Shown here piece by piece: positions 11,930-23,664 of a DNA stretch of 45,224 nt (position 1 is the stretch's first letter; each line of letters opens with the position of its first letter). The notes under the pieces were generated by a model, which had not been told where the DNA came from, did not search any database, and saw only the letters and a list, made by a program, of their open reading frames with translations. Both the position numbers and the translations under genes were made by a program. The DNA lies in assembly GCF_001194135.2 (NCBI RefSeq), contig NC_068998.1, forward strand, positions 3,440,267 to 3,485,490, read 5' to 3'. The stretch comes from Octopus bimaculoides. Its lineage: Eukaryota.

Positions 11930-12722
11930 GGAATTTTGATAAGAGATAACCTCAGTACATGACTGGTACCCCAAAAGGATGAAAAGCTGAGATTTGAAAT
12001 TAGAATCTACAGAGCTTGAGAATGCCACTAGCATTTTGTCTGATGTGCTCCTGGTTTTACTAGATCGTTGTCTTAGTAGTGGTGGTGGTGGTAATGATAA
12101 TAATGATAATTTCAAATTTTTGCCACATGGGCAGCCTAGAGGAGGTGGGGAGGAGTCAATTACATTGACCCCACTACTCAACTGGTACTTATTTTATCTG
12201 TATTAGGACATTCCCCACTGATGACAACTACCCCCTCTACAATGTATTAAGAAGTTTTAAATCATCACCTGTTGTCCTCGGGAGTAATTATCCTTGTTGG
12301 GGTTATTGTCCATGGTGGGTAAATATCCTAGACTCATTTTATCGACCCCGAAAGGATGAAAGGTAAAGTCAACCTCGGCAGAATTTGAACTCAGAACGTA
12401 GTGACAGGTGAAATACCGCTAAGCATTTCGCCCAGCGTGCTAACGATTCTGCCAGCTCACAGCCTTGATGATGATGATGATGATAATAACAGTAATAATA
12501 ATGATAATGGTTTCAAATTTTTCCGCAAGGGCGGCCATTTTGGAGGAGGAGATGTGTTGATTACATTGACCCCAGGACTAAACTGGTACTTAATTTATTG
12601 ACCCTGGAAAGCTGAAAGGCAAAGTCAACCTTGGCGGAATTTGAACTCAGAACATAGTGGCAGACTAAATCCTGCTAAGCATTTCGTCCTGTGTGTTAAC
12701 AATTCCGCCAGCTCGCCACCTT
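11930..12722 (-). mobile_element. Chain of three family B SINEs
   Basis: Units of about 11930-12090, 12100-12466 (interrupted by a MITE) and 12500-12722, separated by (GAT)n/(AAT)n tracts. Confidence 0.85.
12204..12330. mobile_element. MITE of about 127 bp nested in a SINE
   Basis: Imperfect TIRs of about 31 bp (TAGGACATTCCCCAC../..GTGGGTAAATATCCTA). TA at both ends and an outer ATTTTATC direct repeat. Confidence 0.6.
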
Positions 12723-12948
12723 AACAACAACAACAATAATAGTAATAATAATGGTTTCAATTATGCTTTTCGTATGCAAGCTGGCTGGGCTCGCTCTGAG
12801 CACTCTAATTTTTTCACAGTGAACACCTCTCCATGACAACCCACCCTAAAATACCTAATCATCAGTCCAGTCCATGACAACCTGCATACCCAAGGAAGAC
12901 TTTAACACAACAGAGATTATATAAAGCTAGGATTAACTTCAGTGCATC

Positions 12949-12993
12949 ACAGTCTGATGATGGCTTAACTGGCTCAAACTTCAAAGTCACTGT
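12949..12993 (+). ncRNA. Degenerate minimal type I hammerhead ribozyme motif, family 1 copy C
   Basis: ACAGT-CTGATGA-T-GGCT taact GGCT-C-AAAC-TTCAAA-GTC-ACTGT. Perfect 5-bp stem I, intact CUGAUGA, wobble stem II, GUC triplet. G12 is missing. Confidence 0.65.
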
Positions 12994-13754
12994 TTAATAA
13001 TATTCTTGTTTAAAAATAAGANNNNNNNNNNNNNNNNNNNNNNNNNNNNNNNNNNNNNNNNNNNNNNNNNNNNNNNNNNNNNNNNNNNNNNNNNNNNNNN
13101 NNNNNNNNNNNNNNNNNNNNNNNNNNNNNNNNNNNNNNNNNNNNNNNNNNNNNNNNNNNNNNNNNNNNNNNNNNNNNNNNNNNNNNNNNNNNNNNNNNNN
13201 NNNNNNNNNNNNNNNNNNNNNNNNNNNNNNNNNNNNNNNNNNNNNNNNNNNNNNNNNNNNNNNNNNNNNNNNNNNNNNNNNNNNNNNNNNNNNNNNNNNN
13301 NNNNNNNNNNNNNNNNNNNNNNNNNNNNNNNNNNNNNNNNNNNNNNNNNNNNNNNNNNNNNNNNNNNNNNNNNNNNNNNNNNNNNNNNNNNNNNNNNNNN
13401 NNNNNNNNNNNNNNNNNNNNNNNNNNNNNNNNNNNNNNNNNNTTTTTTTTTTTTTTTTGACAAGTTCTATATATGCAACAAGAAAATATGAAATCCCTGG
13501 TGCTGATAATCTAAAGTACATTGGTAAAGTATTGTGTCATGTCTGTTTCTTCCAAAAAGAATGTTAATTAAATCTTGCTTTCGTTGAGTTTAATCTTAAA
13601 ATTGAGAATTTGTAGAAATACAAAAATCTGTTAGTTTTGTCTTTGTTTGTAAATATTTGTTCTTTTTCTTATATTTTACCAAAATTTATATCCATTCTAA
13701 TACTTAGTCTTCATGGAAATGCTCTACATACGAATCTATTACTACTTTTTAAAA

Positions 13755-14047
13755 ATTTTTTTACTTGTTTCAGTCATTAGATTGAATTTTTAGTCGAATA
13801 AACAGAACCCAGTACTTATTTTTTAAGCCCGGTGCTTATTCTATCGGTTTCTATTGCCGAACTGGCAAGTCATGGGGACACAAACACACCAACATTGATT
13901 GTAAAGCAGTGATGGGACACACACACACACACACACATATGTACATATGATGGGTTTCTTTCATTTTCTGTCAACTAAATCCACTTACATGGCATTGGTT
14001 GGCCCAAGGCTATAGTAGAAGACACTTGCCCAAGGTTCCATGCAATC
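13755..14047 (-). mobile_element. SINE family A
   Basis: Body and tail with an internal (CA)n, aligning to 30519-30870. Confidence 0.8.
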
Positions 14048-14234
14048 TGTTGAAGATTGATGGCTCAAAACGTAAAAGACTTTCCCATTTTTCTCAAGCA
14101 TTGAACTAATACACCTGCTTGTTGTTCCTACACCTGTCTTCATTTTTTTTCCTTTTGCTTTCTGTAAATTTTAACTATATATATNNNNNNNNNNATGCAC
14201 CGAATTTAGAAATAGGAGTTAAATACCTTTTCTA

Positions 14235-14341
14235 CTGCCATCAGATTGGAGCCTGGTGTAGCCATTTGGTTCACCAGTCCTCAATCAAATTGTCCAACCC
14301 ATGCTAGCATGGAAAGCGGATGTTAAACGGTGATGATGATA
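14235..14341 (+). mobile_element. Family C, 5'-truncated
   Basis: Close match to 22700-22800. Confidence 0.8.
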
Positions 14342-14424
14342 AAGATCTCCCTGACAGTAACACACTTTTTTACGTAGGCAAAAAGAAAAAATAATGAATT
14401 TTACCCTTTCATTATTATTGAAAT

Positions 14425-14470
<46 letters not shown>

Positions 14471-15399
14471 TGTATTAATTGGGTAGAAAAGTCACCAAAC
14501 TGATTCAAGGACCCAAATTCTTTATTTAGCCTTCACCAAACTTCACCAAATACACATGCACACACACATAATATATTGGATTTTTGGAAATTTTCTGTAA
14601 CTATCATTAGTTTTAATTTTAAATGAAAACTGATTTAAAATAAAAATACCAAAATGGTATGTCTTGAGAGATTTCGACTTAAAAGTATTATTTCATCATA
14701 GCGGATGGTTTAGATAGACATTTTTTTTTTGTTTTCAAACTGGTTTTAATGATAACAATAATAATAATAATAAACTACATAAAAAATATTCTAAGAATAA
14801 GTTTGTATCTTTTCAAAAACAAAAAAGTGTACAAATAATACATGTTTGGAACTATATTTCTGTAAGTTGGTTTCGAGGCATTTGCAGAATGGAAGTGAAA
14901 GAATTTTAACTAAAAATAGTCTAGTTTTGAATTTCTTTAAAAGCAGTTTTAAACAGAATAAATTAAATAATTTTTCTTTTTCTTACTTTTTCTTTTTGTA
15001 TCTGTTAGCAAAGTTAACTAGATGATTTGACAAGAATCGATCTATTTCGAGCTGGCACGAGAGTTTAGGTACACACACATATATATATATAGATATATGA
15101 CCCTAGAGCATTTGCAGGTGTAAAAAGTATGTATGAAGTTATATGAGTACATATATGTATGTATGTGTGTGTGTATAAATAGATTATCAATAGGTGATCA
15201 AATAAAGAATGCAAACTTAGTGTAGACTTTAAAATGCTAACAAAGCAGAAAACTTGGTCTAAAATTCTTGTTTGACATGACTGTTTATTAATATGAATTC
15301 AAGGCATAAATGTCACTTTTATTCTACATTCTCTGGATTTTATGAGAAATTTTTGTTTTGGTAAAAAGGACGTGGAGTGGGATTGGATATACATTGTTT

Positions 15400-15710
15400 C
15401 CATTATTTGGACTACGGCCATGCTGGGGCACTGCTTTAAAAGTTCAGTCGACTCCAGTACTTAAATCTATTTTAAGATTGGTAACTTATTCTATCGTTCC
15501 CTTCTGCTGAACTGTTAAGTTGGGAGGGACATAAGCAAACCAACACCAGTTGTCAATTGGTGGGGAGCGGGAGAGACAAACACACACACACACACACACA
15601 CACACAACAGGCTGCCACACAGTTTCTGTCTTGCAAATTCACTCACGTAGCATTGGTTGCCTGGGGTTACAAAGGAAGCAGATACTTGCCCAAGGGGCCA
15701 AGCAGTGCAA
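15400..15710 (-). mobile_element. SINE family A
   Basis: Aligns to 30519-30870 in reverse. Confidence 0.75.
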
Positions 15711-15828
15711 CAAACCCCCAAAACCACACAACTGCACAATGACCTTAACCTGAAAGCCATGCTTGTTAATGGAGGATTTTAGTGGAATTGAAGGCAGATA
15801 GTGAGGAATTATTTTAAAGTACACATAG

Positions 15829-15998
15829 GTGCAGGCATAGCTGTGTGGTAAGAAGTTTGCTTCCCGACCACATGGTTCCAGGTTCAGTCCCACTGCATGG
15901 CACTTTAGCCAAGTGTCTTCTACAATAGCTGTGGGCTGACCAAGTCTTGTGGATGGATTTGGTAGATGGAAACTAAAAGAACCCCATTGTGCATGTAT
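15829..15998 (+). mobile_element. SINE family A 5' half
   Basis: GCAGGCATAGCTGTGTGGTAAGAAG..GGTTCAGTCCCACTG. Confidence 0.85.
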
Positions 15999-15999
15999 G

Positions 16000-16156
16000 T
16001 CATCATTTAACGTCCACTTTCCATGCTGGCATGGGTTGGATGGTTTGATTGAAAACTGGTAAACCAGGGAGCTGCACCAGGTTCCAATCTGATTTGGTAA
16101 GGCTTCAACGGCTGGATGCCCTTCCTAATGCCGACCACTCCAAGAGTGTAGTGGGT
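16000..16156 (-). mobile_element. Family C
   Basis: CATCATTTAACGTCC..GCTGGATGCCCTTCCTAATGCC. Confidence 0.8.
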
Positions 16157-16214
16157 GTGTGTGTGTGTGTATATATGTCTTTGTGTCTGTGTTTGCACCC
16201 CACCCCACCCACAT

Positions 16215-16915
16215 GCACACATTTCATCCATCTTTACATTCTGAGTTCTAATTCTGCCAAGGTCAACTTTGCTTTTCATTCTTTTGGGGGTCGATGAAAT
16301 AAGTACCAGTTACGCACTGGGGTTGACACAATCAACTAGTCCCCTTCCCAAATCTCAGGCCTTGTGCCTATAGTAGAAAGGGTTATCATTTAGATGGCAA
16401 GCTGACAGAATAAAAATGCTTTACCATATTTCTGCTAGCTCTTTATCTTCTGAGTCATGTAAACCCCTCTACCTAAACTTGGTGGCCTTCTGCCAGAATT
16501 TTAGACTCTTATTAAGGCAGCGAGCAATGTTGGCTCCTTGAACAAAATGCCAAGTAGCATCTCCTTGCAGCTCTTTACATTCTGAGTTCAGATTCCACCT
16601 TGGTTGACTTTACCTTTCATCCTTTCAGGGTTGATGAAATAAATACCAGTTGGGTTCTGGGGTTGATGTAATCGATTTAGCCCCCACCCCACCACCCCTC
16701 CAAAAAATTGCTGGCCTTGTACCAAAATTTAAAACCATTATTATTATTATTATTATTACTATGAAGGTAGCAAGCTGGCAGAATCACGGAAGCCTTAGAT
16801 AAAACGCTTTGTGGTATTTCTTCCCCGTCTTTACGTTCTGAGTCAATGGCATCAACTTCTCCCCCGCCTCCTAAATTTGCTGGCCTTGTGCCAAAATCTG
16901 AAGCCATTATTAGAA
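16215..16915 (+). mobile_element. Chain of about four family B SINEs
   Basis: Repeated TTTACATTCTGAG..TTTCATCCTTT..AAGTACCAG..GGCCTTGTGCC blocks. Confidence 0.85.
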
Positions 16916-17669
16916 TTATAAATTGATAGAAAAAAAACTGGAAGTGCTTACTTCTCAAACTTCAACAGATTTTATAAGAATATTGGCTGTGAACATTTTC
17001 GCATCTTCACTCGATAGTTTAATGGGTGACTACAATTCTCTTGTGGATCCAAATGTTCCTTATTACATCACTAGAAGAAAAATTGGAAGAATTTTCATAC
17101 TAGCTAAACCAAAATTTATAGATATTGATTCTCCTAGTAAATGATGGTTAAAAAAAAAAAAAATTGAAATTTTATTATAAAGTAATTAAACCAATTAGTG
17201 GAGTAAATTAATCTGCTGATTGAAATGTTTTGGATAATTAACAGCTTTTTAATAATAAAATATCTCTTGTTGCTGATATGCGGATAATAATATAATCTAA
17301 ATTTTGCTGTAAGCTTTAAAATTTGGCCTCGTGTGAGGTACATCAGACATGCTCTTATCTTTTATCTTTGACTCATTTCAATCATTAGACTACAGCCATG
17401 CTGGGGCACCACCTTGAGTGTACATTAACAATTCTTAAGGGAACAAATCGCTGCTTGGCTCCCGTGTATGAAAAAGGGGTTGAGGTGGAATTGAAACTGC
17501 ATGTATTATTATTGGCATAATGACTCTCCCAAGAATAAAATTAATATTTTCCTTTGGCCAGACATGTTTTCATGGAAGATTGGAAATGAAGGGCACTATT
17601 GGCATGATAGTGCACTTGTTTAACAACTCTCTCACAAAGTGCAAACAAGGAGACAGTAAGACACAGACA

Positions 17670-17706
<37 letters not shown>

Positions 17707-19684
17707 TCTTTTTCAGTCTCTTTCTCCTTCAAGTCTCCGAAGTTTTCTTTTTTCCTGCAGATAACTTTTGTGCTTTGTTATGATAAAATTTACTTGTATG
17801 AACTTGATTAGGGGTGCAATGAGGATGGGGGATTTACTCAAGAGAATACAAGGGGGTAACAGGAATAATTTTGTGTCAGCTGGTTTACTTTGTCACGTGG
17901 ATATGGTTGGCCTGGTATGTGGCAGCGACTGGTTGAGTTGATGAATGAAAATACTTCATGGGCTGCATGTACAAGTAAATGACCAACACCTGTGAACATT
18001 TAATACAAGATTTTATTATCACATGATAAAGACAAACTGCGTTGGCCTTTTACAGATAGCAATCCTCAATCATCAATCGTTTCATCCTGGGAAAGAGATA
18101 CTTCTTGGAGTTCATAGCAGGTTGTTGATACGGCAACATGTGGCTTGCTGAACATAACTGGAAACAATTGTACTATGTTCGTTGTGACGAAGGTTCCTGT
18201 CACCTATCGGTGCCATCTCTCTCTTAGCTGCCTTCCTGGGTTGTCTGGCTGATAAAAATGCATGCTGAATGCTTCTCATAGGGGACCAAAAGGCAAATTC
18301 TAGAAAGTTCAAGAAAATCTGTCCATTCCATTGCTTTATGCTGATTGGTTGGTTAATAGACCAATCACCTGAAACTGGTGATTGATGTCTGCTCTTGATG
18401 TCTGACCATGTATCCAGGTGCAAATAAAGAGATCTCTTGAAAAACAAATCGATGAGGGTTAGTGACAGGGAAGGCATCTGGCTGCAAAATACTGCTTTAG
18501 TATTATGCGTGTTTGATCCACATTAGCACGAACAAAAGAAAACACATGTAAAAACAAACATCTAATATATTTATAAGTAACATTTAAGCAAATGGTGTTC
18601 CTATCCTTGAAATGTCTATTCTCCCTCTCTTTCTCTTTTCTTTCTCTTTCTCCTCTCTTTCTCTTTTTGTTTTTCTGTTTAGAGAATGTAGGCTGGCAAA
18701 CTCTTTTGCTTTATCTATCCAACTTTGCTGACTTCTTCCTCTGTCGGTACACCTCTCTCACAACCATTCCATGTACCTTTGCAATAACTCCAACAACCTT
18801 CTTTCAAGGTCTTAGATCTGCTCTGCATACTCTTGCTCCATAATCCTCATCTGCTTCACATTTCCATTTCGTTTCTCTCTCTCTCTTCTTACAGATTCGA
18901 CTGCTATTTCCAGCACCTGTTTGTCCTGATGTACCGAAGCATGAATCTAAAACCACTTTGTCTCCCCTACCCATACTTTCCCCTCTCTCCCTACCAAATT
19001 AATTACACCTGCCCACTATCTTGTATATAATAACGATCAGCCAGACTGATAGCCAGTCAATTTTCCGGTTCACCTATAATTAATTACCTTGTCTCATCTA
19101 ATTACCCATCTATTAGGTTTCTTTTGTCTCTCATTTTATTGTTGTATGGAAGGTATTAGAAGTAAACTCCCAGTAATACACACCTGATATCTGGTTTCTC
19201 CATAGCGGCACTAATTTTCTCTTGAGGGAGGGGGGAGCGGGGTATTTGTGGATAAGTATTTACCGTTTCTGTGAAGTCAGCAGCAATAATGATCTGTAAG
19301 TGGATCCTGTTGTGTCAAGTAGGATTTAAACATCTGTTCTTTGACTTTTATTTCATATGTCTGTAAAATAATTGGCCAGTATTTAACCTATTTTGTGTTC
19401 TAATTGATATTCCGCTCGTTATGTAACCTAGGTCCTGACTATGGCACCAAAAAAAATATTGCTACCATTATCATCACCAGTTTAATGTCTGTCTTTTATG
19501 CTGGCATGGGTTGGACGATTTGGCAACATCTGACAAATCAGAAGACAGCCTAATTCTTCAGTGCCTGCTTTAGTATGGTTTCTATGGCCGGATGCCTTTC
19601 CTAATGCCAACCTCTCTACAGAAGGCACCGCGTGGTTTTTATTGGAAAATATTCCAGAATTGTTTCAGCATTTAAATGAGATTC

Positions 19685-19940
19685 TTTTATCATTTCAGCC
19701 ATGCTGGAGCACCGCATTGAAGAATTTTAGTCGAATCAATCAACCCCAGTACTTTTTTTGCATTTTTAAGCTTGATACTTATTCTGTCTCTTTTGCTGAA
19801 CCGTTAAGTTATGGGGACATAAACACACCAACAACGGTTGTCAAGCATGATGGAGGAAAAACATGCACACAGACACACACACACATTTGTGTGTATATAA
19901 ATATATATACATACATATGACAAGCTTCTTTCAGTTTCCA
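19685..19940 (-). mobile_element. SINE family A 3' half, fused to a family C fragment
   Basis: CCATGCTGGAGCACCGC..GCTGAACCGTTAAGTTATGGGGAC tail motifs. Confidence 0.75.
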
Positions 19941-20747
19941 TGGCTGGATGCCCTTCCTAGTGCCAATTTCTTTACAAAGTGTACTGGGTGCTTTTTATGT
20001 GGCACCAGTATCACTTCTGTCCATTACTGCCTTCTTGCCCTGACTTTGCATGGTAGTTGTAAACAAGTGCCACTGTCATACAAGTGGTTTCCTTTTAATT
20101 TCCCATGAAAACCTGTCTAGCCATGGTGAAATATCACCTTATTTGGAAGCCGATGAGGTTTGGTAACAGAATAAGCATCCAGCTGTAGAAAATCCACCTA
20201 AACAAATGCCATTTGACCCATGCAAGCATGGAAAAGTGGATGTTAACATTATTCACGATAGATTTACCTCAAACGCAATGCTTTCTGCAGAGAAAGGGTA
20301 CAAATTAACAACCCTTCAGGATGAGACTTGGTTCATTTTCTTTTAAATATTTTAAATGTTTTTGATTGTTGCGTATTGTTTTTTCCCCATTACATACAAA
20401 TAATTGGTGATTATTCTTTTGCACTGTGTTAGTGATATTTTAGATAACTAAATCTTTAATGTTTGATGAGATTTAATTATAGATGTTGTTTGTATTTGTC
20501 AATATTTTCTGCAAACGAATCATATATTATTCAGTGAGTATATCCTCAGACTCCATAGCTTTTCAACAATAATTATGTAAATTGTCCTCAATGGCTTCAT
20601 GGATGTTTAGGCAGTAGATTTAGATCCAAGATAAAAGAATCACAACTGGTTCTTAACAGTGGCAGTGCTCCAGATGCTTCCTGATACAATTCTAAAATAT
20701 CAATGAAGGTGGAATAACTTGGATCCAGCAAAACAGGCAATAAATAT

Positions 20748-20905
20748 TAAAGTTGGTGACCTGGCAGAATTGTCAGCACACCGGGCTCAATGCTTAGTGG
20801 CATGTTGTCTATCTTTACATTCTGAGTTCAAATTCTGCCAAGGTCAGCTTTGCCTCCATGGGTGGCAAGTGTAGCTGTGTGGCAAGAAGTTTGTTTCCTA
20901 ATCGC
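20748..20905 (+). mobile_element. Family B head followed directly by a family A head
   Basis: TGGCAGAATTGTCAGC..GAGTTCAAATTC, then GCTGTGTGGCAAGAAG. Confidence 0.7.
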
Positions 20906-21449
20906 AATGCTTTAATAATTTATTCATCCAGTCAATAGTAGCATGGGGAAACAGGCCTAAAAGATGAACAAACATGTGTGATTTCTGCTTCTTGAATGTG
21001 AGATCATCCAAATGAAAATGGTGTCATTATGTTTACACTCCCAGTGAACATATTCCCCATAGTTCTGTACTCTTGCAGCAGTGGAACAACTACAAGAATG
21101 TCAATCCTTACTTGTAAGACAAGGATTGACATCAGGAAGGCTATTCAGCCATAAAAGTGTTGCCACAAAAATGTACTCCTCCAACCCACACCAACAGAGA
21201 AAAAGATGTAAAGCACATGAACCAAAATAAATAATTGAATCTTTTAGTTAGCTTCCTTAAGTTCCTACATGGCACTGTAGTCTCTTTTAAATTGTGCTGC
21301 TAGATTGGATAAAGAAACCTCAGAATTACAATGTTTCTTATATACAAATCTTCAAGTTAAAAATGGTTATTTTTTTTTTTTTTTTACGTAAGTGTAAAAA
21401 TTACATTTTTACATTGATGGAATGTAATCCTTCAGGTTATAAGCTACGG

Positions 21450-21668
21450 CAGTGGTTCTCACCCATTATTTTCCTGTGGTGATCCCTTTGAGTCCTCTTT
21501 TGCTCCACTGGGCCCTCATAGCCATCTGAAGTTTTAAAAAAACCCTTTATATTTTTATAATGTATTGTTAAAATGCTTTTTCTAATGTAGAAGTGTGATT
21601 TATTGCACATAATTTTTAACAACTAAATTTTATGTGAAACCCCCACCCCCACAAGGGTCATGTGGAGA
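21450..21668 (+). mobile_element. hAT (Charlie-like) MITE with damaged right end
   Basis: Starts CAGTGGTTCTCA, a classic hAT-Charlie TIR. Only GGAGAA remains at the right end. Confidence 0.5.
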
Positions 21669-22384
21669 AAATGGTTAACTTTTAATGTAGGTGTAAAAAT
21701 TACATTGTTAAATTGATGGAATGTAATCCTTCGTGTTTCAGGCTATCAGATCAGAGCCCTCTTATATCACAAATTTGGCATATTAACCACATCTCGGCAT
21801 GTATAAAGCAACCAAAGGAATATCAATAGCGCCAGTTGCAATTACTAGAACTATCAATATACAGATAAAATTCCTTGCCATTTCTGAGATTCTTCATCTG
21901 ACTTTATTATTTATGCCAACTCCAACCAGAATTCTATTAAAATACAATTTTTTGTTGTTGTTTTTGTTGTTTTGTTTGTTTTAAAATTCTGTTGTTAATG
22001 AGACTTCACAGTTGCTAACCTATGGCATGTAACATGTGCATTCGTGAACATGCAGCCATACACATGTGGCTATAAGCATATGCACTGTCATCTATGCATA
22101 TATGTGCATTGTGTTTTTGCAATGTGCACACAATATAAACTGTGTGTGTGTGTTAGTGTATATGTTGCCATAGATTTAATGGTTCACTTAAATTGGAAAT
22201 GAATCATCAGTGTCGGTTGCACCAATGATTCTGAATTACAATTCTATTATTGATTTAATGTTCGATTTATTTCTCTCTGCCCTCTCACCATAGATTGGAC
22301 AAGTTTTAACAATTGCAGCATCATTCACATGTCTAAATATTGTATTGTTACATCTATGAATCTTTCCAATTTGTAACGCCTCTG

Positions 22385-22388
<4 letters not shown>

Positions 22389-22450
<62 letters not shown>
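22389..22450. repeat. (TA)n(CA)n microsatellite
   Basis: Direct reading. Confidence 0.95.
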
Positions 22451-22452
<2 letters not shown>

Positions 22453-22599
22453 TGTGCATTGAAGCTGAAACTTTGTGATTTTTTCCACCGAGTTTGAACC
22501 TTTCGGTATTCAGATATTCTCAAAGAGGAAACTCAGAGTAGCAATCATAAAGTTTTGGCTTCCAAGGAATATTGTATCTGTCTGAATTTTTATTATATA

Positions 22600-22800
22600 T
22601 ACCGCCTGACTGGCCTTTGTGCCGGTGGCACGTAAAAGCACTCACTACACTCTCTGAGTGGTTGGCATTAGGAAGGTTATCCAGCTGCAGAAACTCTGCC
22701 AAATCAGATTGGAGCCTGGTGTAGCCATCTGGTTTCACCAGTACTCAGTAAATCGTCTAACCCATGCTAGCATGGAAAGCGGACGTTAAACGACGATGAT
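22600..22800 (+). mobile_element. Short retroposon family C (RTE-type tail), young copy
   Basis: GGTTGGCATTAGGAAGG..CCAGC..CCATGCTAGCATGGAAAGCGGACGTTAAACGACGATGAT. Tail ends in (GAT)n. Confidence 0.8.
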
Positions 22801-23604
22801 ATATATAGGAAAGTTTACATGAATTCAGTCAATGTTTAAGAAACAACACAAAAGACAAATGTATATTCAGTCAAGTAAACCAGTGGGATCTGCCTCAACC
22901 AATTACTTTTGAAGTCTTCTTTGAATGGTCAGATGTCAGTTTACCAGAGAAGAACCATTGTAGTTATTAATAAGAAGAGTTGAAATTAATGCATAGAAGG
23001 TTACACATCTCTAGCGTCATTCCTTCACAGTGATCCTGTGAACCTTTCAGCTCACCCTCATTTAGTACTATTTGCCATAGTTGCTAGTCTTACCTTTCCT
23101 GTTACATTAATGTGAAAAGTGAAGATGACTGACCCCCTGGTGATATCAAGACAAAGGGTGGGTTTTACTAGGATTTTAACTTAGACAAGACATGCTACCA
23201 AATTCAATGGTATAAAACAACTGACTTCTCCATCTCCCTGTCTTTCTACTTTCTTCATTTCTTTTTTTTTTTTTCCTTCCAATCTGGTGCCATTAAATTA
23301 GACATGGCCTGAGCCAACTTCGGCTGAAACTTATCTAAGCAATCTCCCTTCTGTGCTTTCCCTTTCTCTCTCAGCTCAAATAACTCTCCTGCTTTGTCAG
23401 TACATCTATGGAACACTAATGATTGCCATGTCAGCTCTTCTTTCAGAATTGTCACAAAAACCAAAACAAAGAATTTATAAATTAACAATAATCAAAACAT
23501 TGCATAAAGGTTATTACTGAAAGTAACGATATGCAACATTGCAAATTTTATCTGTGTCTGGATAGATGGTGTAATTAACTATTATATATGTGTGTGTGTG
23601 AATG

Positions 23605-23664
<60 letters not shown>

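Noticed and set aside
18060-18420. Possible Penelope GIY-YIG remnant on the minus strand (CIFISQT/GRQLRER)
   Set aside because: It needs several frameshifts and lacks a clear GIY-YIG motif. Too weak without an HMM search.
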